A stretch of DNA of 64,000 nucleotides, taken from assembly GCA_965224025.1 (NCBI GenBank), contig OZ245033.1, positions 3,616,001 to 3,680,000 of the forward strand, written 5' to 3'. A model generated the notes under the pieces. It had not been told where the DNA came from and did not search any database. It saw nothing but the letters and a program-made list of their open reading frames with translations. Both the position numbers and the translations under genes were made by a program. Below are positions 10,359-19,759 of this stretch, piece by piece (position 1 is the stretch's first letter; the number at the start of each line of letters is the position of its first letter). This stretch comes from Candidatus Multivorans sp. (GTDB lineage Bacteria; Acidobacteriota; Thermoanaerobaculia; Multivoradales; Multivoraceae).

Positions 10359-12668
10359 TCACGCCATCCCCAGACGGCGCCGAACCGCCCACTCGCCGCC
10401 CAGGAAGACGACCAGTAACAGGAACAGGATCGGCATGTCCCAGAGATCCCGCGTCTCACGCACCGTCGTGCCTTCGCGGCTGACCGAGAGGTCTTCGACC
10501 AGACCGTCCATTTCATCCAGCTCGTACTGTCGGCCACCGGTCTCGCGAGCGATCCTCCTCAGCACCGAGTCCCGGCGAGCGGCGCCGAAGAGTTCCTCGT
10601 TCAGCGTGTCGACCGCAAAACGCGACACCGCGACACCGAGCAGTTCGCCCTCCGACCGCGCGTCGACCTCGACCCGGTAGTGACCGCGCTCACCGGCCAC
10701 GAAGGCGCCGACGAACTCGCCGTCACGCTCCACCGACCAATCGAGCGGCACCTCGACCTCGTCGCCGGACGGCATCTCGATCGCCGCCGTGACCTGGGCC
10801 CGATTCACCTCCCGGAACGCCGCATCGCGCACCATGGCGCGCAGCGTGACCGTGCTGCCGGGCTCGAACCGGTCGCGGTCCGTCTCGACCTCGACCCGGT
10901 CCGGCACGTAGGACACCAGCCAGCGCAGCATCTGCCGCCACAGACGCTCGTGGGTCTGATCCTCGAGCGGGATCTCGGCGCTCATCTGCCAGTGCCAGGA
11001 GTCGTGCGGCGTGAAGGCGATCGCCCGTCCGCGGCCGATCCGCTGATGCGCCAGGGCGATCAACGGATCGCTCGCCATGGGAGTCTCCGCCCTCAGCAGC
11101 GCCGTGGCGCCGGCCTTCAGTTCGGTCGCCCGCTGGTACGCGGAGAGCCGCGGCAAGGTCGACCAGAGTTCGTTGGATTCGGCCCGGTCGTCCCGCAGCA
11201 GCATTGCGGGGTGGGCGCGTCCCTGGGGCGTCAACTCCAGTTGCAGGTCGTAAACCAGTTCAGGACGGCCGTCACCCGCCGGCGGTTCGTAGAGGACAAG
11301 CGGCGACAGCTCGGCGATCGGCGTACCGGCGAAGCCCCCTTCCGAGAACGACCTGTGGGTGCCCAGCAGCAGCACGCCGCCGCCGCGCTGGGCGGCGAAA
11401 TCGACCAGCATCCTCATCTGGTCGTGGGTGAAGAAGCTCGCCTCCATGCTGCCCAGAATGACGCCCTGGTACTCGAACAGATCCTCGCGGCGGGTCGGAA
11501 AACCGTCGAAGCGCTTCGTGTCCTCATCGAAGTTGATGCCGTAGAACTTGTTCGCCGCCTGGCGCGTCATGGACACGAGCTGGAGATTCTCGTCGAACTG
11601 GACCGCCCGCCGCAGGAACCTGGACTCGTGTCGTGGTTCGCCCTCGAAGAAGAAGATCTTCTCCTGCCTGTTCGTCACTTCCACCAGCGCGACCCGCTCG
11701 TTGTTCAGCGTCAGTTGCTCCCCCGGCTGGCCGGCGACCCGAAAGCGGAACTCACGCGCCCCCTCGGCGCTGGCCGCGAACATCACCCGGGCCGTGACCG
11801 CCGAACTCCGGCGCGGAAAGGCCACCGGCTGCACGTTCACGATCCGCCCGTCGTCCTCGACTTCGAGGTTCACGCTGCGGCCGCCGAACCCGGTTTGACT
11901 CAGTGTGACCTCGACCTCGACGGTTGAACCTTCGAGCACCCGCCGCGGAGCGACCACCCGGGACACTTCGATGTCTTTCTCCAGGCGCGGCCGCCCGAGG
12001 CCGATCGCGTGCACCGGCGTCCCGGCGGCCTTGAGCGCCAGCAAGGCATCGCCGAGCTCGGCCGGCGCCGAGTCGGCGCCGTCGGAGAGCAGGACGAGGC
12101 CCGCCAGGGGCAATCCGGCCAGTTCGTCCGAGGCCGCGCTCAGGGCTTCGCCGATGCGGCTGTCGGAGCGGGCGAACCGGAGCTGGTCGATGGACTCGAT
12201 CCGCTCGGCGCCGCGGCCGAAGGCAAGTTGGCGGACCTGGAAGTGCTGCCCGACGAGTTCCAGCAGCGACCCCGGCGCCCCGGAGAGCGCCTCCCGAACC
12301 GCCCCGGCCCGGGTGCCGTCCCCGGCGGCGTCCTCGTCCGGCATCGCCATGCTGCCGGAGTCGTCGATCAGGACGCCGACGAAGGACTCCTGCGGCACCA
12401 CCGTCGACAGGACCAGGGCCGGTTGCAGCAGGCACAGGACCAGTACAAAGGTAGCCAGTGAGCGCAGCGTCGGCGGCAGCCAGCGGTAGCGCTCGGCGCC
12501 GCCGCTCGGACCCGGACGCATCCGCCGGTAGGTGAAGGCGGCGAACACGAGCGCGCCACCGGCAAGCAGTGCCGCCACCTGCATCCAGCCCGGAGCGGCG
12601 AGGGCGAACCGGCCCTCGTCGAACAGAGGCGGCCGGTACTTGAACAGGAACTCGAAAAGGCCAGTCAT
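10359..12668 (-). CDS. Membrane protein with vWA and class I glutamine-amidotransferase-like domains
   Basis: N-terminal TMs, MIDAS DDSGS, LLSDG, GGGVLLLG..SF.EGG, G.GR...W.W, C-terminal 'EWAVRRRLG'. Confidence 0.85.
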   Translation of the reverse strand: MTGLFEFLFKYRPPLFDEGRFALAAPGWMQVAALLAGGALVFAAFTYRRMRPGPSGGAERYRWLPPTLRSLATFVLVLCLLQPALVLSTVVPQESFVGVLIDDSGSMAMPDEDAAGDGTRAGAVREALSGAPGSLLELVGQHFQVRQLAFGRGAERIESIDQLRFARSDSRIGEALSAASDELAGLPLAGLVLLSDGADSAPAELGDALLALKAAGTPVHAIGLGRPRLEKDIEVSRVVAPRRVLEGSTVEVEVTLSQTGFGGRSVNLEVEDDGRIVNVQPVAFPRRSSAVTARVMFAASAEGAREFRFRVAGQPGEQLTLNNERVALVEVTNRQEKIFFFEGEPRHESRFLRRAVQFDENLQLVSMTRQAANKFYGINFDEDTKRFDGFPTRREDLFEYQGVILGSMEASFFTHDQMRMLVDFAAQRGGGVLLLGTHRSFSEGGFAGTPIAELSPLVLYEPPAGDGRPELVYDLQLELTPQGRAHPAMLLRDDRAESNELWSTLPRLSAYQRATELKAGATALLRAETPMASDPLIALAHQRIGRGRAIAFTPHDSWHWQMSAEIPLEDQTHERLWRQMLRWLVSYVPDRVEVETDRDRFEPGSTVTLRAMVRDAAFREVNRAQVTAAIEMPSGDEVEVPLDWSVERDGEFVGAFVAGERGHYRVEVDARSEGELLGVAVSRFAVDTLNEELFGAARRDSVLRRIARETGGRQYELDEMDGLVEDLSVSREGTTVRETRDLWDMPILFLLLVVFLGGEWAVRRRLGMA

Positions 12669-12704
12669 CAGGAACGAAGACAGGAACGAAGGCAGGAACG
12701 AAGA
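12669..12704. repeat. Three tandem copies of a 12-bp unit (CAGGAACGAAGR)
   Basis: caggaacgaaga caggaacgaagg caggaacgaaga, directly abutting the ATG of the 10359..12668 gene. Confidence 0.9.
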
Positions 12705-12737
12705 GACGCGGAGGTGAGTGGTCGCGGTGTCGCGGCG

Positions 12738-13619
12738 TCAGTGCGACATGGCGTAGACGACGAAGTTGACTCCCATCTGGTACGCGTAGTGGGAAAACCG
12801 CACCGGGTACCACTCGTCTTCCGCCCACTCCCAGGCGTCGCCCAGGTCGGTGTTCCAGTTGATCACCACCATCAAGCGGCCATGGTCATCGAAGATGCCC
12901 CGCACGTGCGGGGTGTAGCCGTCCTGCTCCCAGGTCGGGCCCCCGTGCCGACCCTGGCGCACGTTCGGCACCTGGAGGATCTCCTCGACGTCGTAGAAGC
13001 AGTGGAAGATCGGGTGCTCCAGGGGAATCTCGACGATCGGATACTCCGGCAGGAGCTCGGACAGCTCCCTCTCCAGGTTCGCCCACTCCCAACTGCCCCA
13101 GAAGTCGTCGATGACCCAGAAGCCGCCAGCCAGCAGGTACCGACGCAAGGCCTCCCGTTCGTCCTCGCTCAGCATCATGTAGCCGACCTCCACCGAGTAG
13201 AGGAAGGGGAAGCGGGACAGCTTCTCGTCCGTGGCCACGACTGCGTTGTCGTAGTCGTAGGCGTCCAACTGGTCTAGCAGTCGCTTGAGACCGGTCATGA
13301 ACTGCCGGTCGGCCTTCGGGAAGTCGACCGACCAACTGCCGCCGCCCATGTAGGTCCTGCCGCTGTAGGCGAGGCGGGTGAAGTAGAACTCCCGCAGCAC
13401 CTCATCCGGCCCGACCGGCCGCGGCAGGTACCGCTCGAACATCCTCATCGCCTGGGGCGGCAGAGAACGCCGGTAGCGGGTGCGGGGGTCGCGGCGATCG
13501 TCGGGCCCCCTGATCTGCGGGCCCGGCTCGGGCGCCGGGGCTCTGGCGACGAGGCCGGCCCCGGCGGCCGCCACGACAGCAGCGGCAACGACCATAGACG
13601 CTGTTCGCCGGATCGGCAC
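12738..13619 (-). CDS. DUF4159 domain protein (secreted), copy B; probable first gene of the operon
   Basis: FYFTRLAY, WSVDFPKAD, LRRYLLAGGF..IDDFWG, NTDLGDAWEW, GVNFVVYAMSH. GTG at 13619 lies 6 nt after a TACGAT -10-like box. Confidence 0.9.
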   Translation of the reverse strand: MPIRRTASMVVAAAVVAAAGAGLVARAPAPEPGPQIRGPDDRRDPRTRYRRSLPPQAMRMFERYLPRPVGPDEVLREFYFTRLAYSGRTYMGGGSWSVDFPKADRQFMTGLKRLLDQLDAYDYDNAVVATDEKLSRFPFLYSVEVGYMMLSEDEREALRRYLLAGGFWVIDDFWGSWEWANLERELSELLPEYPIVEIPLEHPIFHCFYDVEEILQVPNVRQGRHGGPTWEQDGYTPHVRGIFDDHGRLMVVINWNTDLGDAWEWAEDEWYPVRFSHYAYQMGVNFVVYAMSH

Positions 13620-13685
13620 GGCCGGATCGTACCGCACCGCCGAAGCGGGTTCGGCCGTCCGCCGGCGAGAGTCCCGCGCCGCCGA

Positions 13686-14375
13686 TCAGCGCTCTACCGC
13701 CTCCCAGACCTCGGGCAGCACTTCGACTCCGGTCAGGGACTCGACCAGGGTGAAGATCAGGTCGTCCTCGTCCGCGCCAAGCTGCGCGGCCAGGTTGCGC
13801 ATCACTTCGTCGATCGACGACACGAGCGCGCTGAACCGGAACTTCCAAGTCCCGTCCTCGTTCACGAAGCGGTACTCCAGTTCGTCGATGCCGCCGCCCA
13901 GCGCCGGATCCTCCAGGGACGCCCGCGTCCGAGCGGCGGCATAGGCCTCGTCGCCTTCGATCCGGACATCACCCACGGCGAGCTGCTCGATCGCCGCTCC
14001 GTTGATCCAGCCGATCTCCGTCGCCCGCACGATCACGTCGGCCAGGTCCATCCCGGTCAACTCCGCGGCGTCGAACTGGTGCCGGAAGGCGACGATCAGG
14101 AAGCGGTCGACGAAGGTCCGCCGCCGCACCTCCTCCTCACCGCCGTTCAGGACCAGCCGCTTCAACTCCCGGTAGTACTCGCCCGTCTTCCCGTCGACCA
14201 GGGCGGCCGCCCGCTCGCCGTCACTGCCGAGCAACGCCTCGCGGTAGGCCTCGAACGTCGCCCGCACCGCCGCCTCTGGGTCGCCCGAGCTCGGGGTCGT
14301 CGGCTGAGCGGCGAGAGGCGACGCCGCCAGGACCAACACCGCAGCCACGACCGTCAGCCGCACCGGGATGGTCAA
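13686..14375 (-). CDS. Secreted hypothetical protein (NTF2/DUF4878-like)
   Basis: In-frame TTG at 14375 overlaps the isochorismatase stop (TTGA). Signal peptide ending PLAA-Q, then 'YRFVNEDGTWK'. Confidence 0.65.
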   Translation of the reverse strand: MTIPVRLTVVAAVLVLAASPLAAQPTTPSSGDPEAAVRATFEAYREALLGSDGERAAALVDGKTGEYYRELKRLVLNGGEEEVRRRTFVDRFLIVAFRHQFDAAELTGMDLADVIVRATEIGWINGAAIEQLAVGDVRIEGDEAYAAARTRASLEDPALGGGIDELEYRFVNEDGTWKFRFSALVSSIDEVMRNLAAQLGADEDDLIFTLVESLTGVEVLPEVWEAVER

Positions 14376-14995
14376 GCGATCTGCCCCTCCCGGAGCAACC
14401 GGTTGACGCCCTTGAACTGGGGATGGTTCTTGTCGCGGGCGAGTTCGAAGGCGACGGATTCGTGGTTCGTTATCTGGGCGCCGGCAGCGCCCATCCGATC
14501 GAGAGCGTGGCGGCGGTACTCCTCGCCCCGTGAGCTGACACAGTCCCAGCACACGTGGACGTCCGTGCCGCGCGAGACGAGATCGAGCACCGTCTGCACG
14601 ACGCAGATGTGGGCCTCGATGCCCGCTACGACAACCTGCCGATCCGCCGGAGCGAGGCCCGGTCTCGCCGCCGCCAGGGCCTCCTCGAACGCCGGCTCGC
14701 CGCAGCAGCCGAAGGAGTCCTTCACCACCCTGCGTGTACGGCGGCCGTCCGGATCCGTTTCCTCGATCACCGCCGCCAGTTCCTCGCGCGTCGAACCCAG
14801 CCCCTGCGGGTACTGCTCGGTCACGATCACCGGCAGGCCGAACATCTGCGCCAGCCGCAGCAGCCGGGCCGTGCCGTCGATGATCATTCGGGGTCGATGC
14901 ATCAGGTCGACGAGGCGGCCCTGCATGTCGATCACGAGAACGACGGCGCGCTCCTGGTCCAGAGCAAGCATCGCGGCTGGAACGGATGATGTCAT
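14372..14995 (-). CDS. Isochorismatase-family hydrolase (ISOC/YcaC-like)
   Basis: VIDMQ, TEQYPQGLG, KDSF, AGIEAHICVVQT, GGAG SD upstream. Confidence 0.92.
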   Translation of the reverse strand: MTSSVPAAMLALDQERAVVLVIDMQGRLVDLMHRPRMIIDGTARLLRLAQMFGLPVIVTEQYPQGLGSTREELAAVIEETDPDGRRTRRVVKDSFGCCGEPAFEEALAAARPGLAPADRQVVVAGIEAHICVVQTVLDLVSRGTDVHVCWDCVSSRGEEYRRHALDRMGAAGAQITNHESVAFELARDKNHPQFKGVNRLLREGQIA

Positions 14996-15056
14996 GGGAA
15001 CGGTCTCCGGATGTTCGCTGGATCGCTCGTGGCCGCCGGTTGCCGCGCGGCGCGGT

Positions 15057-16388
15057 CTACTGGATCAGATGGAGGGTGCGGCGCAGGGCCTCGGTCGCTT
15101 CGCGCCCCGAGATCGCCGCCTGGGGCCGGCATTCCGCCGGCTCGGAGATCAGCCGACAACGATGAGCCGCCTCGCACACGGCGTCCGTATCGTCCGCGGC
15201 CGGATCGCCGCCCTCTCCGACGCAGGCGGCGCCGCCGCCGAGCCGGCCGGGCATCCGAAGCAGGGTGGCCAGCGCCGGGCCCCGGCGCATGTAGTCGTTG
15301 GGAGCGAACCGGCGCACCGCCGCATCGACCGGCGCCATCAGGCCCAGGTTCAGGACTCGGGCGATCTCACGGCTCTGGGGATGCTCGACGATGTCGCTGA
15401 CGATCACCCTGCTCCCCGCCGGACCGGTCCGCACGCCCGGCACCAGCCAGTACGTCAGCGCCGCGAAGTCGCCCCGCAACAGGCTCGAAGCGTCGAGCAG
15501 ACGCGCCACGCTCGGCGGCAGCAGCTTCGTGCGCCAGGTGAACCGCGCGGCGGTCAGCGCCGCCGTGATCTCCACGTTGTCCGGATGGCGTTCCGCGAGC
15601 CGCTCGTAGAGATCGAGCCCGGCGCGGGCGTTACCGCTCTCGACTTCGAGCGCGGCCTGCCGTTGCAACAGGTCCAGCGACGCCCCGCCGGCGGCGATCA
15701 GGACCCGCGTCGCCTCCAACTCCTCCTCCGCGTCGCCGCGGGCGCGCGCCAGACGCCGCCGCAGATCGACCGTCGCCGTGTCGTCAGGCGCCCACCACCG
15801 CAGTGTCTCGAGCGCCGCGCCGGCTTCCGCCAACCGGCCCGCCTCAAGCCCCGCCCCGGTCCGCTGGCCGAGTTCCGCTGTCGCCCGGGTGCGAAGGGCC
15901 GCGGCCCGGGCGGCCGCCTCCTCGTCGAGGCCCGCTATGCCGCGATAGGCGCCGTAGGCGGCAACGGCATCGCCGGTGAGTTCCGCCGCCCGCGCGTAGA
16001 CGAGTTGGCCGGCGGTGTATTCGGGCCGTCCGGCCAACGGCTCAGCGAGGAGTTCGAGCGCCCGCTCCGGAGCCCCGGCGGCAAGGTGAGCCTGGGCCAA
16101 CACGACGGTGGCCGGCAGCAGCGTCGGATCGATTCCAAGCAGCGTCTCCGCACCGCTCCGCGCCGTTTCGAACTCGCCTCGGCTAAGCGCCTCCCACGCG
16201 GAAGCCAGTTCGTAGCGGCTCTGCTCGGGGATGTTCTCCGTGAAGCCTTCAAGCGGGGGACGGAGGATCGGACCGCCCCGATAGTCGAACGAGGCCGCCG
16301 GCCGCGGCGGCTCCGGCGTCAACGTTGAACCAGCGCAGGCAGCTAGAAGGACGGTCAGAACAGTAGCTGCTGGCCGCGGCGTCTTCAC
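15057..16388 (-). CDS. TPR lipoprotein with C-terminal SLH-like domain
   Basis: GTG at 16388 overlaps the miaA stop (GTGA). Lipobox LAAC, TPR-like helices, 'SDIVEHP...I..V..LGLM....FAPND...R'. Confidence 0.7.
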   Translation of the reverse strand: MKTPRPAATVLTVLLAACAGSTLTPEPPRPAASFDYRGGPILRPPLEGFTENIPEQSRYELASAWEALSRGEFETARSGAETLLGIDPTLLPATVVLAQAHLAAGAPERALELLAEPLAGRPEYTAGQLVYARAAELTGDAVAAYGAYRGIAGLDEEAAARAAALRTRATAELGQRTGAGLEAGRLAEAGAALETLRWWAPDDTATVDLRRRLARARGDAEEELEATRVLIAAGGASLDLLQRQAALEVESGNARAGLDLYERLAERHPDNVEITAALTAARFTWRTKLLPPSVARLLDASSLLRGDFAALTYWLVPGVRTGPAGSRVIVSDIVEHPQSREIARVLNLGLMAPVDAAVRRFAPNDYMRRGPALATLLRMPGRLGGGAACVGEGGDPAADDTDAVCEAAHRCRLISEPAECRPQAAISGREATEALRRTLHLIQ

Positions 16389-17377
16389 TCGCTCACCGCG
16401 TCCGTTCGGGTTCCGGCTACAGCCTCGACGATCCCCTGCAGAGCTCGCTCCACACATTCCCTGCGCGAGGCGTCGATCCAGCGCACTGCCGTCTCGCGGC
16501 GGAACCATGTCTCCTGCCGTTTGGCGTAGTGGCGAGTGGCGCGGATCGTCTCCTCCAAGGCCTGCTCCAGCGTCAACTTCCCCTCCAGGTGATCGGCGAA
16601 TTGCCGGTAGCCGATCGCTCGACACGCCGGCAACTCAGTCCAGGAACGCCCATGGCGACAGCCGGCCCGTTCCCGCAGGCGCATCACTTCGGCCAGCCAG
16701 CCACACTCCAGCATGCGTCCGGCCCGCGCCTCGATGGCATCGTACAGAAGGGCTCGCGGCAGGGTCAATCCGACCTTGAGCACCCGTCTGTCGAGCGCCA
16801 GTTCCCAGCCCGCGCGACGCCAGCTCGGGAGGGTGCGGCCGGTGAAACGAAACACTTCCAGCGCCCTCAGAACGCGTTGCGTGTCGCCGGCGGAGAGCGC
16901 CGCCGCGCTTTCCGGGTCGACTACCCGCAACTCCTCGAACAACACCTCGAGGCCCTCGGATCGCAGCTCGCTCCGCAAACCGGCCCGCACCTCGGGCGGA
17001 ACCGGCGGCACCGGCGCCAGACCCTCGAACAACGCACGAAGGTAGAAGCCGCCGCCGCCCACCAGGATCGGCAGACGTCCCCGCCCCTCGATTTCCTTCA
17101 CCGCGGCGCGCGCCCTGCGCGCGAACTCCCCCGCCGAAAAAGCCTGGTGCGGTTCGAGCACGTCGACCAGGTGATGCCGTACGCGGGTCCGCTCTCGCGG
17201 CCCCGGCTTGGCCGTGCCGATGTCGAAGCCGCGATAGGCCTGCAGCGCGTCGGCGCTGATCAGTTCCGTACCGACGCCCTTTACCGCGAGATCCCCGGCA
17301 AGCCGCATCGCGAAGGCACTCTTTCCGGTCGCCGTCGGACCCAGGACGGCGATCGCCTGCCACGGGAGTTCCCGCAT
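16385..17377 (-). CDS. miaA: tRNA dimethylallyltransferase
   Basis: GPTATGKS, ISADALQAYRGFDIGTAKP, VGGGGFY, RALEV, IGY, TRHYAKRQETWFR. Confidence 0.96.
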   Translation of the reverse strand: MRELPWQAIAVLGPTATGKSAFAMRLAGDLAVKGVGTELISADALQAYRGFDIGTAKPGPRERTRVRHHLVDVLEPHQAFSAGEFARRARAAVKEIEGRGRLPILVGGGGFYLRALFEGLAPVPPVPPEVRAGLRSELRSEGLEVLFEELRVVDPESAAALSAGDTQRVLRALEVFRFTGRTLPSWRRAGWELALDRRVLKVGLTLPRALLYDAIEARAGRMLECGWLAEVMRLRERAGCRHGRSWTELPACRAIGYRQFADHLEGKLTLEQALEETIRATRHYAKRQETWFRRETAVRWIDASRRECVERALQGIVEAVAGTRTDAVSE

Positions 17378-17396
17378 GGGCGCAGGATAACCGGCC

Positions 17397-19622
17397 TCAC
17401 GGGACGCCCCTGCGCGGCGAGGCCGCAATCTGGTACACGGGCCGCCGAGCGCCCGAGCCGTAGCGCCGGAAGCGGACCGCGATTCGCCCGTGACGATCCG
17501 TGCGCAGAACGCGCACTCTCCGTCGTTCCATCCTGGCCAGGACGTCCGGCGACGGATGTCCGTACGCGTTGCGTCGGCCGGCCGACATCAGAGCCAGCCG
17601 CGGCTCGACGGCGTCGAGGAACTTCGCGCCGCTCGACGTGCGGCTGCCATGATGAGCCACCTTGAGAACCTCGCTTCGAAGCGACCTTCCCCGGCTTCGG
17701 GTCCAGGCCAGCAGTTCCCTCTCGCCAGCGAGATCGAGGTCGCCGGTGAACAAGACGCACGAGAGCTCGGCACAGGCGCGGACCACCAGGGACGCCGAGT
17801 TGCCGTCAGCGACCGGGTCCGGTCCCGGGTGATGGACCTCGAGCCGCCAGGCGGCGACTGCCTCAGCGTAGCCCCGTTCCACCAACTCCACGCGCCCCTG
17901 GAGCTGCTCGGCCAGATCCCGGCCGCAGCCGTCCTGGACTTCCACCCGCGCCGCCCACAGACGCTCAACCCATAGATACCGGGCGAGTTCCAGCAGACCC
18001 TGGCAGTGGTCCGCGTCGCCATGGGACAGGACCGCCAGGTCGATCCGACGGACACCTTCCGCGGCCAGGACCCGAAGCAGCGCCGCCTCCGCGAAGTTGC
18101 CCTGGCGGAACCCTCCGCCGTCGACCAGGATCACCGGGCCGCGGTCACCGCTCCGCAGCAACAGCGCCTCCCCCTGGCCCACGTCCAGCATCACCAGCCT
18201 CGGCTCAACGTCAGCCGGCGTCGGCGTGCATACAAGAACCAGCGACAGCGCGTAGGCGGCCCGCCGGAATCCGGACAGGAGGATCCCAAGCCAGACCGCC
18301 AGCGTCAGCGCGGCGCCGGATTCGACGCTCACCGGTACGGCCAACCAGGCGCCCGGAGGCAGTTCCGCGAGCCACGCGAAGGGCAGGCTCAGAGCGTCGA
18401 GAATCCCCAGGAGCACGGCCGCGACGGGCTCGGCGACCGTCGACACCAGGGGCACCGAGGTTCCGGCCGCCACGACGACCCAGAGCAGGGAAGCCCCCAG
18501 CGCCAACGCCGTCCAGGGCACGAACACGAGGTTGAGCGCCGGCGCCAGCGGCGTCAGGACGCCGATCCGGACGGCCGTGACGGGCAAGGTGGCGAGCTGG
18601 GCGGCGACAGTCACCGCCAGGGCGGCGGCCACATGCCCAGCCGGCCCCGCAACCCCGCGTCGCCGCCACGACTTGAGCAGCCGCGGCGCCAGCAGGAGAA
18701 TCCCCGCGGTGGCCAGGAAACTGAGCTGGAAGCCGAGATCGAAGGCCGCCGCCGGGTCGAAGGACAGGATCAGGATCAGCGCGGCGCAGAGGGAGTTCAG
18801 CGCCCGCGGCGGCCGTTCGAGGACCAACGCCAGGATGACCAGCAGGGCCATGACCGCCGCCCGCAGCAGCGACGGCCGCGGCCCGACGAGGCAGCCGTAC
18901 AGCAGGAGGACCGAGGCGCCGCCCAACGCGGTCAGTCGATTCGAGATCCCGCCGAAGAGCCACCAGAAGCCGCCCAGGATCAGTCCCACGTGGAGACCAG
19001 ACACCGCGAGCAGGTGGGAGAGGCCGGCGCGACGCAGGCCGGTCTTCCAATCCGGAGGCACGCGGCGGGCATCTCCGAACACCAGCGCCTGGGCGAGTAT
19101 GGCGCCCGGCCGGTCGGTCGACGCCACAGCTTCGAGGAGCCGCTGCCGCAATCGCGGCGCCGCCCGCTGAAGCCGACCCGGCGCTTCACCTGTGCCGGCC
19201 AGAAGCAGCCGGCTCTTCACGGTCAGCCCCCAGTCTCCCGGTACGGAAACGTCCAGATTCAGGTAGGACTGGCGACGGCTGAAGTACCCGCGCACGCGAA
19301 GCTGCCGCTCCGGCGGCGGCATACCGCCGCGCAGCCGGAGCCAGGCTCGATCCGGACTTCCAACTTGGCGCCCCGCCTGCTCGACCGCCATGACCCGGAC
19401 CCTCGCGATCCAGCCATCGTCGGCACGCTGCCAGGCCGCAGCGCCGAGCGCGGGGACGGCGACTTCGGCGGTGACCGGCCGCGCGGGGTCAAGGACACCG
19501 AGCTGCTCGCGGCCGCGCCCGTCAGCAACGAGCGCGACCACGAGCACTGCGGCCAGGGGCAGGAGCGGCGCCTGGACCAGCGCCGGGGTCCTCTTGGCTG
19601 ACCTTTGGGGCCGCGGCCACAC
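17397..19622 (-). CDS. comEC: ComEC/Rec2 DNA-uptake channel with metallo-beta-lactamase domain (start uncertain)
   Basis: GLSHLLAVSGLH, RAAVM, GFQLSF, DVGQG, SHGDADH, LKVAHHGS, N.YGHP. Confidence 0.93.
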   Translation of the reverse strand: MWPRPQRSAKRTPALVQAPLLPLAAVLVVALVADGRGREQLGVLDPARPVTAEVAVPALGAAAWQRADDGWIARVRVMAVEQAGRQVGSPDRAWLRLRGGMPPPERQLRVRGYFSRRQSYLNLDVSVPGDWGLTVKSRLLLAGTGEAPGRLQRAAPRLRQRLLEAVASTDRPGAILAQALVFGDARRVPPDWKTGLRRAGLSHLLAVSGLHVGLILGGFWWLFGGISNRLTALGGASVLLLYGCLVGPRPSLLRAAVMALLVILALVLERPPRALNSLCAALILILSFDPAAAFDLGFQLSFLATAGILLLAPRLLKSWRRRGVAGPAGHVAAALAVTVAAQLATLPVTAVRIGVLTPLAPALNLVFVPWTALALGASLLWVVVAAGTSVPLVSTVAEPVAAVLLGILDALSLPFAWLAELPPGAWLAVPVSVESGAALTLAVWLGILLSGFRRAAYALSLVLVCTPTPADVEPRLVMLDVGQGEALLLRSGDRGPVILVDGGGFRQGNFAEAALLRVLAAEGVRRIDLAVLSHGDADHCQGLLELARYLWVERLWAARVEVQDGCGRDLAEQLQGRVELVERGYAEAVAAWRLEVHHPGPDPVADGNSASLVVRACAELSCVLFTGDLDLAGERELLAWTRSRGRSLRSEVLKVAHHGSRTSSGAKFLDAVEPRLALMSAGRRNAYGHPSPDVLARMERRRVRVLRTDRHGRIAVRFRRYGSGARRPVYQIAASPRRGVP

Positions 19623-19759
19623 AGACCTAGACGAAAAGACGCGCCGAAACCCGATTTCGGCGCTTGCGCCGGTGCCTCGGCGGTGAGAAGCTAGCGCCGT
19701 CACGGCGACGCGGCGCGGTCCCGGCCCATTCCCCGCGGCGTAGACTCTTCCCACCGAGC

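Noticed and set aside
12738-12740. Selenocysteine read-through of the DUF4159-B TGA
   Set aside because: The stop is at the conserved family end (YAMSH vs YGMTH in copy A), and I see no convincing SECIS.
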